In this document: positions 21,440 to 32,357 of the stretch, piece after piece
Layout: each line of letters begins with the position of its first letter
Position numbering within the stretch: the first letter of the stretch is position 1
Source of the DNA: Carpediemonas membranifera BICM
Lineage: Eukaryota; Protista; Fornicata
Length of the DNA stretch: 64,000 nt
NCBI GenBank assembly: GCA_019828565.1
Contig: JAHDYR010000007.1
Span: forward strand, 541,233-605,232
Direction of reading: 5' to 3'
Made by a program: the position numbers and the translations under genes
Notes under the pieces: generated by a model
What the model saw: only the letters and a program-made list of their open reading frames with translations
Databases searched by the model: none
What the model was told of the DNA's origin: nothing

Positions 21440-21839
21440 CGGGTGATCTGCAGCTCAGGGCATCGACAGGGGCCCCTGCCTGCGTTCACTTTTTTGCCAA
21501 CACCATTTTTTTCTGCACTCAGCACCACAGCCGGTCTGGCAAGCAGGCCACCTTGAAGGGTAGAGTTGTGGGCCTCCGAGTCCGCCAACATGATCCAATC
21601 TCCGATTACAAGCTGAGTCGAGTCAATCTTACCTCAGAGTTGTTACTGAAGACCCGGCGTGTCTCGCCAAGCTGCCGAAGGAGGCTCGCTTTTCTCTACC
21701 CAGCGGGTGTCTCAAGAAGTTCATGCCAGTCTTTATCAGCCGGCGCCCGGGGTTCACGGGCCGACTTCTACGAGGATTCTCATACTCACAGCTCTTCGAG
21801 CACCCAACCCAACCCGTCGAGACCTCATGCATCTATCAT

Positions 21840-22724
21840 TTACGGATCCTTGTGGCACACGTGCATGCAGGTCCAGACGTCAACGTCGAGGTAGAAGGTG
21901 TGGTCCTTGAAGCCCTTCTTGAAGTCCATGACGTGCGTGGCCTTGCTGTCACTGCACGTCGGGTCCTCCCCCGACCCGTCGCACACGCGATATTCCGTAT
22001 TGGGCTCGTTGTACCAGACCTCTGTTGGCTCGTGGTGGTACTTTTCGACGAGCATGTTCTCCATGGGGAGGTGCGGCACGATGTCGGCGTAGTGAGTCAC
22101 ACGGAAAACCTGATCGACCGTGCGGGGCACCATCTCGGCGTATGCCTTCGTGCCGACACGAGGCTCGCCGAAGGTATAAAGGTGAAGAGGCACATCACGG
22201 CCAACGATGCCAGAGATGCGCAGATCAGTGGCGCTGAGCGAGGCAAGGGCCGCACCGAGGGAATGGCCGGTGACCTGGACGAGGGAAACGCCACCCTGCT
22301 CCAGCAGCTGACGGACGAGGCCGTTCATCGTCTCAGAGATGGAGAGGTAGACCTCAGAGAAGCCGCGGTGCACCTTCACGCCGGGCCAGTTCTTGTGCTC
22401 CGTCTGCCACGCCTCGGCGTCCTCGAGCCAGTTCTCGTTGGAGTCAGTGCCGCGGAAGACTACATGGATTGTCTTAGCGCTCGTCTTAGGATCAACCTCA
22501 AGAGCTACATAGCCGCGTGCCTCCGTCTTCTCGTTACGGACAACACGGACGAAGGAGATGTCGTCAATGGTCTTGCAAACAGGGCAGGTCCATCCGTTCA
22601 CGGCCTTGTCGCTGTCGCAGTATGACGCGCAGCTCAGGTGCATAGCCCGCTTGGCAATAGCGGGGTTGTAGGTGCCTGCAGCCAAAACGCATGCAATGAG
22701 AGCGAATGCAAGAAGCAGGTTCAT
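21840..22724 (-). CDS. Secreted lipase, class 3
   Basis: Signal peptide MNLLLAFALIACVLA; VVFRGT, VHRGF, VTGHSLG, YTFGEPRVG and DIVPHLP. Confidence 0.92.
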   Translation of the reverse strand: MNLLLAFALIACVLAAGTYNPAIAKRAMHLSCASYCDSDKAVNGWTCPVCKTIDDISFVRVVRNEKTEARGYVALEVDPKTSAKTIHVVFRGTDSNENWLEDAEAWQTEHKNWPGVKVHRGFSEVYLSISETMNGLVRQLLEQGGVSLVQVTGHSLGAALASLSATDLRISGIVGRDVPLHLYTFGEPRVGTKAYAEMVPRTVDQVFRVTHYADIVPHLPMENMLVEKYHHEPTEVWYNEPNTEYRVCDGSGEDPTCSDSKATHVMDFKKGFKDHTFYLDVDVWTCMHVCHKDP

Positions 22725-22956
22725 CGCCGTGTCTGATTTTTTAATGGAGGAAGTGGATCTGAGATGATCCCCAGTAGATCCGAGATTCGGACACAATCAT
22801 CTGTTGGACTGATGGTAGCAAGCCATGGGAAAGGCTTTGAGCGCCAGACCTGGTCTTCTTGTGCTCGTAGTTGTGAGCAGCCGCCACGGTCCCGTTTGAT
22901 AAATAAGAGCTCAGTCAAGACACCGCTGCCAAGCTCTGTTTATATGCTATACAGCC

Positions 22957-25900
22957 TCAGTAGGCCTCCAGTATGAACCGCTGCTCCCGCTCCCGCGTCT
23001 CGAACAGCTCCTCGGCCTCGTCCCTTGGCACGCCGTGCTCAGCAAAGATGCCGATGATCGCCTCCTTCAAGTACTTCGCCCCTATGATTGTCCCGCTGTA
23101 GTAGAGATGCCCGCCCTGCACCCACAGCATCTCGAACACCTCGTCTGAGTGTTGCTGGATGCGGTCGTGGACAAACACGCGCCGACCCGTCTCTCTCGAG
23201 AAGGCGGGGATCTCGTCGTATACACCCTCGTCCCGCCAGGCCTGCTCTGTCTCGGTCAGGAGGTAGTCCTCGTCGCGGCGTCTGCAGCCGTAGTAGAGGA
23301 CGGCCTTGTTCTGGGGGATGCCCTCGTCGTGGAGCGTCTTGCGGTACTGAATCCAGCCTCGGAAGGGCGCGATACCCGTGCCGAGGGCGACCATCATGTA
23401 CGGGATAGCCGGGTCAGCGGGTGGCACCATCGGCGAGGATTTGACGTAAGCTGCACATCTATCGCCCATTCGGACGTCCTTGAGCCAGGAAGTGGTCATG
23501 CCGTGCCTGATCTTGCCCTTGGGGGTGACCCAGTCGACGATGCCGACGGTGAGCTGGATAGCGTGGGGCACCATCTTGTCCGAGGAGGCGATGGAGTAGA
23601 GGCGGGGCTTGATGGCGGGGATGAAGTCGACCAGGTACTCGATCGATGGCCGGGCCGACGTGAACTCCTCGAGGAACTCGCCGTACGTGACGTACTCGTT
23701 CATGTACTCCATGTAGTCCTCCTTGCCGTCCTTCGACACGAGGTACTGCAGGCGCTCGCGCTCGGCGCGGTCCTGGGCGAAGGGGATCATGGCGCGCATG
23801 AAGGGCTTGGTGACACGGCCGGCAATGTCGAGGTGCTGGGTGAAGATCTCGCGGATCGTCAGCGACTTATCCAGCCCCGCCGGCACGATGTTCGCCCCGT
23901 TACCCCGCACGGCGACGCACATGTCGGCGTCGAGCTTGTTCACTTCAACCCAGTGATTCACGACGGAGTCGAGGTTGCGGGGCATGATGGCCATGTGGTA
24001 GCCAGTCTGGTACGTCAGGCCGGTGTCCTCGATGTTGAACTCGAAGTGGTGGGACGACCGCTCGTTTCCTGGGCCAGTGATCTCGTCGTTCGCGGCGACG
24101 GTGGTCCACTGGCAGCCGGGCGGCGGGGGCGGGGGGTTCTGCATGGACGCGGCGACGAGAACAGTGAATTTGGGGTCCGGGATGACGGGTACGGAGCCGA
24201 CGTCGACGGCGCCCAGTCCTTCCCAGAGGCTGTCAACCCACTTGCCGTAGCCGTCCTCGTACTTCTCGGGGTGGGACTCGTCACCCTTGCCGAAGGGGCA
24301 GAGGGCGACCCCGCCGAGCTCGGCCATGCGGTTGTGGACGTCCTCGGCGGCCTTGCAGAACAGCGGATACTCCTTTGACCCGAGCCCCATCACGGCGAAC
24401 TGGGTCCCGGCGAACGTGTCATCCGACAGCGCTGGGTTGGATAGCCAGTCCCAGAAGGCGAGGGCGGTGTCGGCATGCTCGCCCTGGCCGAAGGTCGAGG
24501 TGATGTAGATGACGAGGTCGGCGTCGGCAATCTCGCGTGGCTTGATCTTGTCGACCGAGACTACGCGGGGGGCGAACTCGATGTCCTTGATCTTGGCCTC
24601 GTTGGCCAGGCGGTAGGCGACCTCCTTGGAGGTGCCGGTCTGGGTGGCATAGACGATGAGCATCGGTACGGCGTCGGCCGAGATGACGGCCGTATTGACG
24701 TCGTTGAACGTGTCGGTGGGGGGCTGCTTGACCAGATGGGCGCGGTCTGCGTACGCTGTATGGAGCAGCTCGTGGGCCTTGTGGGAGTTGGGCTCGCCGA
24801 AGAACTCCTTGTAGATCTGCTGGATCTCGGGGTTCTCGTGGGCCTTGCGCTGAGTGGCCCTCTCGTCGTCGGTGTAGATGGCCGACTGGCGCTTCTCCAG
24901 GATCCTGGGGTCGAGGGACTTGGGCTGGCCGCCCCCCCCGAGACACCCGCCGGGGCAGGCCATGACCTCGACAAAGTCGTAGCGGCGTCGGCCCGCTCTG
25001 ATGTCATGCATCATGTTGTTGGCGTTGGATATGCCGGACGCGATGCCAATGCGGAGGGTCTTGGTGGGGCCGTCCTTGAGGGGGATCTCGACCGAGGCCT
25101 CCTTGATGCCGGAGAGGCCGCGGGCGGGGGTGTAAGAGAGGGTGCCGAGGGGCTTGCCCGCGAGGATCTCGTAGGCGGTGCGGAGAGCAGCCTCCATCAC
25201 GCCGCCGGTAGTACCGAACAGTCTGCCCGCGCCCGAAGAGTTGCCGATGGGGGAGTCGAACTCGGCGTTGGGCAGGGCGGGGAAGTCGATGTGGTGCTTG
25301 CGGATGAGCTTTCCGAGCTCGCGGGTGGTGAGGACGGCGTCGACGACCTTCATGCCGCCGGTGACCATCTGCATGCGGTCGATCTCGCCCTTCTTGGCGG
25401 TGCAAGGCATGACGGCGAAGTGAAAGATGTCCTCCGGCTTGATGTCCATCTTTCTGGCGAAGTATGTCTTGACGACGGAGCCCATCATCATCATGGGACT
25501 GCGGGCGGTCGAGAGGTTATCGAGGTAGTCGGGGAAGCGGGTCTCGACGTTGTTGACCCACGAGGGGCAGCAAGACGTGAACATGGGGCCCATCTTGTCG
25601 GCCTGCTCGGGGGTGGCGGCCCACTTCTTCTGCATGCGACTGATGAGCTCGGTGCCCTCCTCCATGATGGTCAGGTCAGCAGTAAAGTCGGTGTCGACGA
25701 CGTAGTTGCAGCCGAGGGCCTTAAGGGCAGCGACCATCTTGCCGGTCGACACCTCGCCAGCGGGGACACCGCACTCCTCGCCGATGGAGACGCGGACGGC
25801 GGGGGCGGTCTGGGCAACGATAGTCTTGCCCTCCGCGATGGCGGCGTAGAGGCGCTCGATGTGCGAGACCTCCTGGATGCTCCCAGTAGGGCAGAAGGAC

Positions 25901-26457
25901 GTGCACTGGCCACACCCGATGCACATCGTCTCGTCCAACCGCAGGCCGCCGTGGGGGCGGACGCCAGTGCCTGTCGTCTCGAGAATGCCCATCTCCTGGA
26001 TCTTGGAGCAGGCCGCCTCACACCGGCCGCAGTCAACGCATACGGCAGGGTCGATGAGGATCATGCCATTCGTGTCGACGTCACAAGCGGTGACCTGGTC
26101 GAACGTCTGCTCAAACTCGGTCTTGAAGCGACGGACAGGCTGGATCGGCATCGTCTTGGCCTTGAGCTCACGGAAGACAGACGCAGCCTTCGCTTTAACA
26201 CGCGCAGTGTCTGTTCTGAAGCTCTGGCCGTCCGAGACTTTCGAGGAACAGGCCATGACGAGCGATCCATCCTCCATATCCACAGCACAACAGCCACAGC
26301 GACCTAATGGGCGCAGGCGAGGATGAAAGCACAGCGTGGGAATGAAAATCCCTTGTGATCGTGCTGCTTCGAGCATAGTGTAGTTCTTTGGGACGTCGTA
26401 GTCCCTTCCATTGATGTTCACGCAAACAGTCTCGTCATTTGTCCTTTTGAGCTGCAT
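22957..26457 (-). CDS. hydA: [FeFe]-hydrogenase fused to flavodoxin and FAD/NAD(P)H reductase domains (CysJ/CPR-like)
   Basis: [2Fe-2S] domain; 2x[4Fe-4S] (CVDCGRC, CIGCGQC); H-cluster motifs TSCCPSW, MPCTAKKGE and EVMACPGGCLGGGGQP; flavodoxin YATQTGTS and STFGQG; reductase motifs RLYSIASS, GTGIAPFRG, YYGCR and AFSR. Confidence 0.95.
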   Translation of the reverse strand: MQLKRTNDETVCVNINGRDYDVPKNYTMLEAARSQGIFIPTLCFHPRLRPLGRCGCCAVDMEDGSLVMACSSKVSDGQSFRTDTARVKAKAASVFRELKAKTMPIQPVRRFKTEFEQTFDQVTACDVDTNGMILIDPAVCVDCGRCEAACSKIQEMGILETTGTGVRPHGGLRLDETMCIGCGQCTSFCPTGSIQEVSHIERLYAAIAEGKTIVAQTAPAVRVSIGEECGVPAGEVSTGKMVAALKALGCNYVVDTDFTADLTIMEEGTELISRMQKKWAATPEQADKMGPMFTSCCPSWVNNVETRFPDYLDNLSTARSPMMMMGSVVKTYFARKMDIKPEDIFHFAVMPCTAKKGEIDRMQMVTGGMKVVDAVLTTRELGKLIRKHHIDFPALPNAEFDSPIGNSSGAGRLFGTTGGVMEAALRTAYEILAGKPLGTLSYTPARGLSGIKEASVEIPLKDGPTKTLRIGIASGISNANNMMHDIRAGRRRYDFVEVMACPGGCLGGGGQPKSLDPRILEKRQSAIYTDDERATQRKAHENPEIQQIYKEFFGEPNSHKAHELLHTAYADRAHLVKQPPTDTFNDVNTAVISADAVPMLIVYATQTGTSKEVAYRLANEAKIKDIEFAPRVVSVDKIKPREIADADLVIYITSTFGQGEHADTALAFWDWLSNPALSDDTFAGTQFAVMGLGSKEYPLFCKAAEDVHNRMAELGGVALCPFGKGDESHPEKYEDGYGKWVDSLWEGLGAVDVGSVPVIPDPKFTVLVAASMQNPPPPPPGCQWTTVAANDEITGPGNERSSHHFEFNIEDTGLTYQTGYHMAIMPRNLDSVVNHWVEVNKLDADMCVAVRGNGANIVPAGLDKSLTIREIFTQHLDIAGRVTKPFMRAMIPFAQDRAERERLQYLVSKDGKEDYMEYMNEYVTYGEFLEEFTSARPSIEYLVDFIPAIKPRLYSIASSDKMVPHAIQLTVGIVDWVTPKGKIRHGMTTSWLKDVRMGDRCAAYVKSSPMVPPADPAIPYMMVALGTGIAPFRGWIQYRKTLHDEGIPQNKAVLYYGCRRRDEDYLLTETEQAWRDEGVYDEIPAFSRETGRRVFVHDRIQQHSDEVFEMLWVQGGHLYYSGTIIGAKYLKEAIIGIFAEHGVPRDEAEELFETREREQRFILEAY

Positions 26458-26772
26458 ATGTGATGATTGGTGCTCTTATCCCTAGCTTCGGCGCAGCGAT
26501 ACGATCATGCCCAGGTCAGATTTTCAAGAAAGACGTATCGCGGAAGATCGTCTTTTAAGAATGACCCGCGGCCAGCTTGCACTCGGGTAAAGGGTTGTAT
26601 CGCCTCCTTATGCACATTTGTGAAGTTTGACCCGCGCCGACTGGGGCACTGCCGCGACCAGCCGAGAAAAGAAGAAGCTGACTAAAAGCATTTACGGTGT
26701 CGGCCGGCCGCCAGTAATATGGGATGTGCTCGGCGGTCTCTCAAACCTGGGGTGTCACCTTCCTTGCTAGCT

Positions 26773-27597
26773 CTAGGCAAATAGGGCTGTGAGTCCTTCT
26801 ACCAGAAGCGAGGCAAACGACACGCCAGCGCTGAAGAAGATCACTGTAATCATGCCCAGAAGCACGCCAATCCGCCGCATGAAGTGGAGCCTCTTCGGGA
26901 AGAGGAATAGCACCCCGCCTACGGTGAATATGGCCCCGATAAAGAAGCCGATGAGGAACTCGGGCATGTAGTTCCGGTCGTCCGACTGCTGTGTGAAGTT
27001 CAGGTGTGGTTCGGTCACGCCTGAGTGGGAAAGGCGTTCCTGCACACGGCCCAGGGCGTCTCTAAGCGTCACATCGTCGACATTGGGCGTCTCATCAAAC
27101 TGGTCGGAGAGAAAGAGCTCCTCGAACTGCATCAGACGCTCTCTATCGAGCGGGGCCTCTCTGCCCTGCTCCCTGTCGTCCTCGAGGAGCATTGACGCCA
27201 GGAGCACACGGTTGAACATCACCTCTTCCTGCCCAATGAACTCGACGAGACGATCCAGGCCACGCCGCTCTGTGGGCTCTATGTGCATGTCGCTCTCGTT
27301 GATGTTGTCAACCCCTGTCGTTGTTGCGAGGTCGTTCACTGAAACATGAAGCGTGTCACCTGGCCCAATGGAGTAATCGCCGATTGTATTGCGTTGGGCA
27401 AGTACTTGGCCGCGAAATAGGAAGCGAATTGACTTTTGGCTCAAGTTTCGAAGCTCAACAAGCTGTGTCAATGGAAATATGGGGCTACATACCTGTGCGT
27501 GAAGCTCGCTGATCTTCATCATTCTATGTACACTCATTTGGATCTTATTTGCGTCAGGGAATAGGATTAAGTTGATGTTGAAGTTGGAAATCTCCAT
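26773..27597 (-). CDS. Ubiquitin-like domain membrane protein, Dsc3 (DUF2407)-like
   Basis: N-terminal UBL (IRFLFRGQVL), RRGLDRL motif, two C-terminal TMs. Probable in-frame 30-nt intron at 27463-27492 (GTATGT..TTGACACAG). Confidence 0.7.
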   Translation of the reverse strand: MEISNFNINLILFPDANKIQMSVHRMMKISELHAQVCSPIFPLTQLVELRNLSQKSIRFLFRGQVLAQRNTIGDYSIGPGDTLHVSVNDLATTTGVDNINESDMHIEPTERRGLDRLVEFIGQEEVMFNRVLLASMLLEDDREQGREAPLDRERLMQFEELFLSDQFDETPNVDDVTLRDALGRVQERLSHSGVTEPHLNFTQQSDDRNYMPEFLIGFFIGAIFTVGGVLFLFPKRLHFMRRIGVLLGMITVIFFSAGVSFASLLVEGLTALFA

Positions 27598-27906
27598 CTG
27601 ACGGTGTTTAGGACGCCAGGGGCCTGGGATGGAAGCCAGTTATCGTTTACGTTTTGGGACTATAAATCATTTGTTACGATTGCAAAGCGGGTTATCAGTG
27701 CATCTAGCCCTCAGGAGCGACAAAAATACCCTCGATTTCTGAGGTTGGCAGGGCGCAAATGTCCAAATGAGTATATGCCTGCAAGCAGGTCCGTTCGGAC
27801 TAATTTGAAAGCCGAGATGTCGCTTTCAACTCATCATAGTGTCAATGAGTGGCTTTAACACACCCAGATAACTTGTTTGACCTGCACCGCAGTTTAGCCG
27901 CCAACA

Positions 27907-28704
27907 ATGCGCTTCATCGATCTCTGCATCTCGGCAAGTTGTGCAGGCGATGACTCCATGCTTGAGATGATTCAACGTGGTTTGTGATTCGAATTCCCGA
28001 TTATTTACCCAGTAGGCTACAACGTTGTCGCGTTCAACACCACCGTGGCCTTTGAGGACTTTCCATCGCACAAGCCCGCAGACTTCGACTCAATTCGGCA
28101 AAAATACGCAGCGAAAGACATCATCGCGCTCTCCCGTCTCACTGTTGTTGTCGAGGACGACATTGGCTCTGTCCGCCCAGCATCATACACATCCATGCTC
28201 AACCGGTACGACATAGTCGCCGCCAGACCGTTCAGCGAGCAGGCCCTCCGCCAGTGCATCGACACTCTTCCCTGTGACCTGATATCGCTCCCTCTTGGTA
28301 GCTCGAGATCGATGTTCAAGGTCAAGAAGGAGACGGTCCGTCTCGCCGTGCAGAAGAAGCTGTTCTTCGAGGTCCAATACTGCGACTCGATCCAGAGTCG
28401 AGATCATCTGGCCACGCAGATCGCCAACATCGAATCCGTCGGGTTCTGTACCCGCGGGAAGGGCTTCATCGTCAGTAGCGGCGCAGCGAACCCACTCAGA
28501 CTCCGGCGTCCGCGTGACCTGGTCCACTTGTTCAAATACATCGGTTTGAACTCGTCAAATATGAACGAGTTCCAGAGCTCGAGCCCGGCCAAGGTGCTCG
28601 ATCACACCGTGGCGCGGCGGGCCCACATGGGTGTGATCCGCATGGTGGGCAAGACCGGGGACGAAGCGGAGCCCAAGGGCGGGAAGCGGGCCAGGATTGT
28701 ATGA
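27907..28704 (+). CDS. RPP30: RNase P/MRP subunit p30
   Basis: Manual model: MRFIDLCI...QR[33-nt intron 27980-28012]VGYNVVAFN; then SRLTV, YDIVAARP, FFEVQY and IVSSGAANPLRLRRP. Confidence 0.88.
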
Positions 28705-28831
28705 GAAAGGCTGTGCCTGGTAGTAACTATGGGCGGTAAACGGTAGCCGGTGGAGTGGGCTGTGACACTGAGTGTTCGCTTTGTCGGCCATTGTCGTTTG
28801 ACGATTTCATTTTCGTTGCGACGATAAGCTG

Positions 28832-29715
28832 ATGGCGGGGAATAAGAAGATCCCTGAGGAGACTGCGCCAGCACAATTCGTTAGTAGTGTCCTTAAACAC
28901 ATATTACATAGTTCTATGACGCTGCAGAGGCCAAGAAGTACACGAAACAGTCCCATGTGAAGAAAGTGCAGTCAGAGATGGCCGCACGTGCTGTTCAGAT
29001 GCTAATGATCCCTGAAAGCGATCATGTTCCCCTCATCCTCGATCTTGGCTGTGGCTCCGGTCTTTCTGGCGCTGCTCTGACCGAGGCTGGCTACCACTGG
29101 TTTGGTATGGACGTTGCTCCTGAGATGCTCCACCTCGCTAAGGCGGAAACAACTGATCTCATCCAGATGGACATCGGCAACGGCGTTCCGTTCGCTGCGA
29201 ACACTTTTGACGGCTGCATCTCCGTTTCAGTCCTGCAATGGCTCTGCCACTCCTACGCAACCTCCCAGAACCCCCGGTGGAGGCTGATGAAGCTTTTCTC
29301 AGACCTATACGCGGTCCTCCGCGTGGGTGCCCGAGCAGTGTTCCAGTGGTACCCCCAGAACGCCGATCAGCTCACCCTCGTCATGGACTGCGCCTACAAG
29401 TGCGGCTTCAAGGGCGGTGAGGTTATCGACTATCCCAACTCCGCGAAGAACAAGAAGCACTACCTCTGCCTCTTCGCGCAGGCGGCTGAGAACAGGTCCA
29501 AGGTCGCATTGCCCGAGCCGTTGCTAAACGAGCACGAGGCGGTGAACCTCACGAGAGAGCGGGCGCCGAAGAGGCTGCATGAGCGGACGAAGACGATCAA
29601 GAAGGGTAGCAAGCAGTACGTCATGATGAAGAAGCAGCGGAACAGACGGCTTGGCAAGGAGGGCGTGCCCCTTGACTCGAAGTACACGGCTAGAAAGCGC
29701 AAGGACAGGTTCTAA
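28832..29715 (+). CDS. BUD23: 18S rRNA m7G methyltransferase
   Basis: MAGNKKIPEETAPAQF[32-nt intron 28880-28911]FYDAAEAKKYT; LDLGCGSGLSG, ISVSVLQWLC, DYPNS and SKYTARKRK. Confidence 0.93.
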
Positions 29716-29779
29716 CGGTATAAATAGTGCGGATCGTGGTTGGTGGAGGCCACATCGCCGGTGACATAATCTGCGACAC

Positions 29780-30304
29780 ATGTCGTGCCCCCCATATGAC
29801 CAGCAGAGCGCGAAGGTGTCGATGAGCATCTCTGATTTACGAAGCGACGTCACAAGAATGCAAGATCTTTTGGCCGATGAACAGCGGTCGCTGCATTTAT
29901 CTCCATCCAGGGCCAGTATGGCGTCTTCCGCGACCGACAGGCCAGAAGTTCAGGCTGTGAGGATAAGGGGCTATGAGTTGGAGCTTGAGAATATGACCAG
30001 GCGCCTTATGCGCCTCGAAAGCACCGTCGATTCTCTTCGAAGCGAGAATGACAAGCTCCGCGAGACGCATTCCCTCGATCGCTCTCACATTGCCCGTCTC
30101 AACCGCGAGCACGCCGATGAGATTGCCGCATTACAGCGGCAGGCCAATGCCCGAGCACAGGAGCTTGTCCGGACTCGACGGGAGCTGCTGAGCGTGACCG
30201 AGGATTCCAGGGACAGGGTGGCCGGGCTGGAGGGGAGGATGTTTTCAATGAGTACGGCGTATCAGAGCCACATTGCCTGGTTGCAGTCGCCTGAGAGGAA
30301 GTGA
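29780..30304 (+). CDS. Hypothetical coiled-coil protein
   Basis: 174-aa heptad-rich ORF. Confidence 0.6.
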   Translation: MSCPPYDQQSAKVSMSISDLRSDVTRMQDLLADEQRSLHLSPSRASMASSATDRPEVQAVRIRGYELELENMTRRLMRLESTVDSLRSENDKLRETHSLDRSHIARLNREHADEIAALQRQANARAQELVRTRRELLSVTEDSRDRVAGLEGRMFSMSTAYQSHIAWLQSPERK

Positions 30305-30913
30305 AACCAGAGAATGTGACTTGGTCGAGCTGTTCTGAGAGAAGAGTGTAACACTAAATGCGCAAGAGGTTTAACGTTGAATCAGAAGGTGGCGAGTCCT
30401 AATAGCCTCAGCACCATTCACTGTACGGAAAGGGAGTTGGCACTTGATGTTTGTTAGAAAAGCTAGCTCGTGTGAGTATCACGACGAAGTGTCCTAGACA
30501 GCTATTGACCTCCTGGGTCCATTCAGCTCATAGAGCGTTAACTGGGTAAGAAAAATTAGGAACGCGTAAGCATGGTAAAGTTGTATCCACATAGAATGTC
30601 ATAAACACGGACCATAACATCATCACTCGCGCAAGAGGACAAACTGTTGAGTTTTGGGGGCATTATGCCTCTCGTCGATCGTTCTGGCGGAATGAAGGTT
30701 TTTCTCCATTTGAATGAAAATGGTTCAAACTGCCAGCGAACATGAAAAGGCAATGATGGCAATGGGTCATGCCTGACATCAGACAATACCAGTTGCAGCC
30801 TCCCTGCAACCACAGACTCGCAGGGTACACGTTCTCACTGTCATTCACAAACGACGGCGACCACTCGCAGCCCAACCCAAGCCAATGCAACGTCCAAAAC
30901 CGAATAGGAGCAT

Positions 30914-32168
30914 TTAGTTGAACTTGAAGTGCATGATATCATTGTCCTGGACGACATAGTTCTTCCCCTCCATGCGCATCTTGCCAGCCGTCTTGACGGC
31001 CACCTCAGAGCCCAGCTCCATCAGATCATCGAACGAGTGCACATCAGCACAGATGAAGCCCTTCTTGAAGTCCGTGTGGATGGTGCCGGCGGCATCAGGG
31101 GCCTTGGTCTGCTCACGGATCGTCCAGCAGCGGACCTCGTCAGTGCCGGCCGTGAAGAAGTAAATGAGGTGAAGCGCCTTGTAGCCGGTGGTGACGATGC
31201 GGTCAAGCTGCGACACGACGCCCATCTCCTTGGCGGCGGCGTCACGCTCCTCCTTGGTGGGCAGATCAAGCAGATCCTGCTCAAACGCCGCGCTGAAGGG
31301 GATAACGGGGTCAACGCCACCAGAGCGCTCACGGACGAACTCCATGACCTTGGGGAGGAACTTGTTCTTCTTGCGGAGGAAGTCCTTCTTCGACATATTC
31401 ACGAGGTAGACGACGGGCTTGGCGGAGAGGTAGTAGTAGTCGTTGAGGATCTCAATCTCGCGGTTGGACCACTTGCCGAGGCGGATGTCGTGGCCGTCGC
31501 GGAGGTGCTGCAACGCCTTCTGGAGAGTCTCGTGCTTCCACTGGATCGCCTTGCTCTTGTCCAGACCGCGCTTGACAATCTTCTCGACCTCCTCGAGGTG
31601 CTTCTCGCAGGCCTGGATATCCTTCAGACGGAGCTCGTCGTGGATTGTCTTCATGTCCCGGATCGGGTCGACGTAGCCGTCGACGTGAGTAATCTCCTCG
31701 TTGTCGAAGACGCGGACAAGGTGGAAGATGGCGTCGCAGGCGCCAATGTGAGAAAGGAAGGCGTTACCGAGACCCTCGCCCTCAGAGGCACCGCGGACGA
31801 GCCCGGCGATATCAGTGACGGAGAGGTAGGCAGGAACCTCGGAGGCGGGCTTGTACAGCTCAACAAGCTTGTTGAAACGCTCATCGGGGACGGGAACACG
31901 GGCATCATTTGGATCGATGGTGCAGAAAGGATAGTTCTCGGCAGCAACCTGGTTGTGAGACAGGATGTTGAAGATCGTGGACTTTCCAACGTCTTAGTAA
32001 GTGATAGGCAGAATGGCAACATACTGGGAAGGCCAACGAGACCAATGGAGAGATTGTTAGACGCACGGCCGAACAGAACGGGGCGGTTAGCATCTTCTTC
32101 TTCAGACTTCTTCTTCTTGCTCACCTTCGGGGGCCTGGATGAGGAACTTGCGGAAAGAGGACAAACAT
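30914..32168 (-). CDS. OLA1: Obg-like ATPase 1 (YchF/OLA1)
   Basis: Spliced model AT[32-nt intron 32135-32166]G: MPPKVSKK...GLVGLP[32-nt intron 31993-32024]NVGKST, NYPFCTIDP, DIAGLV, GEGLGNAFL and TGS domain AGTIHTDF...YVVQDNDIMHFKF. Confidence 0.93.
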
Positions 32169-32357
32169 GGCTTGATTCAACGGTGCTTCTCTCAGCGACT
32201 CTGCTCCGAGTCATGTGCATTTTATGTAAGAATCCAGAAACACAGTATATGGACAGCTTCTCATCCCCAATGTGCGCTGGCTGGCCCTCGCCTCGAAATT
32301 CGATGGGCCAGAGGTTAGTACGGTCGACTCGAAAAGTTCCAGCAGAGGACATAGGAC

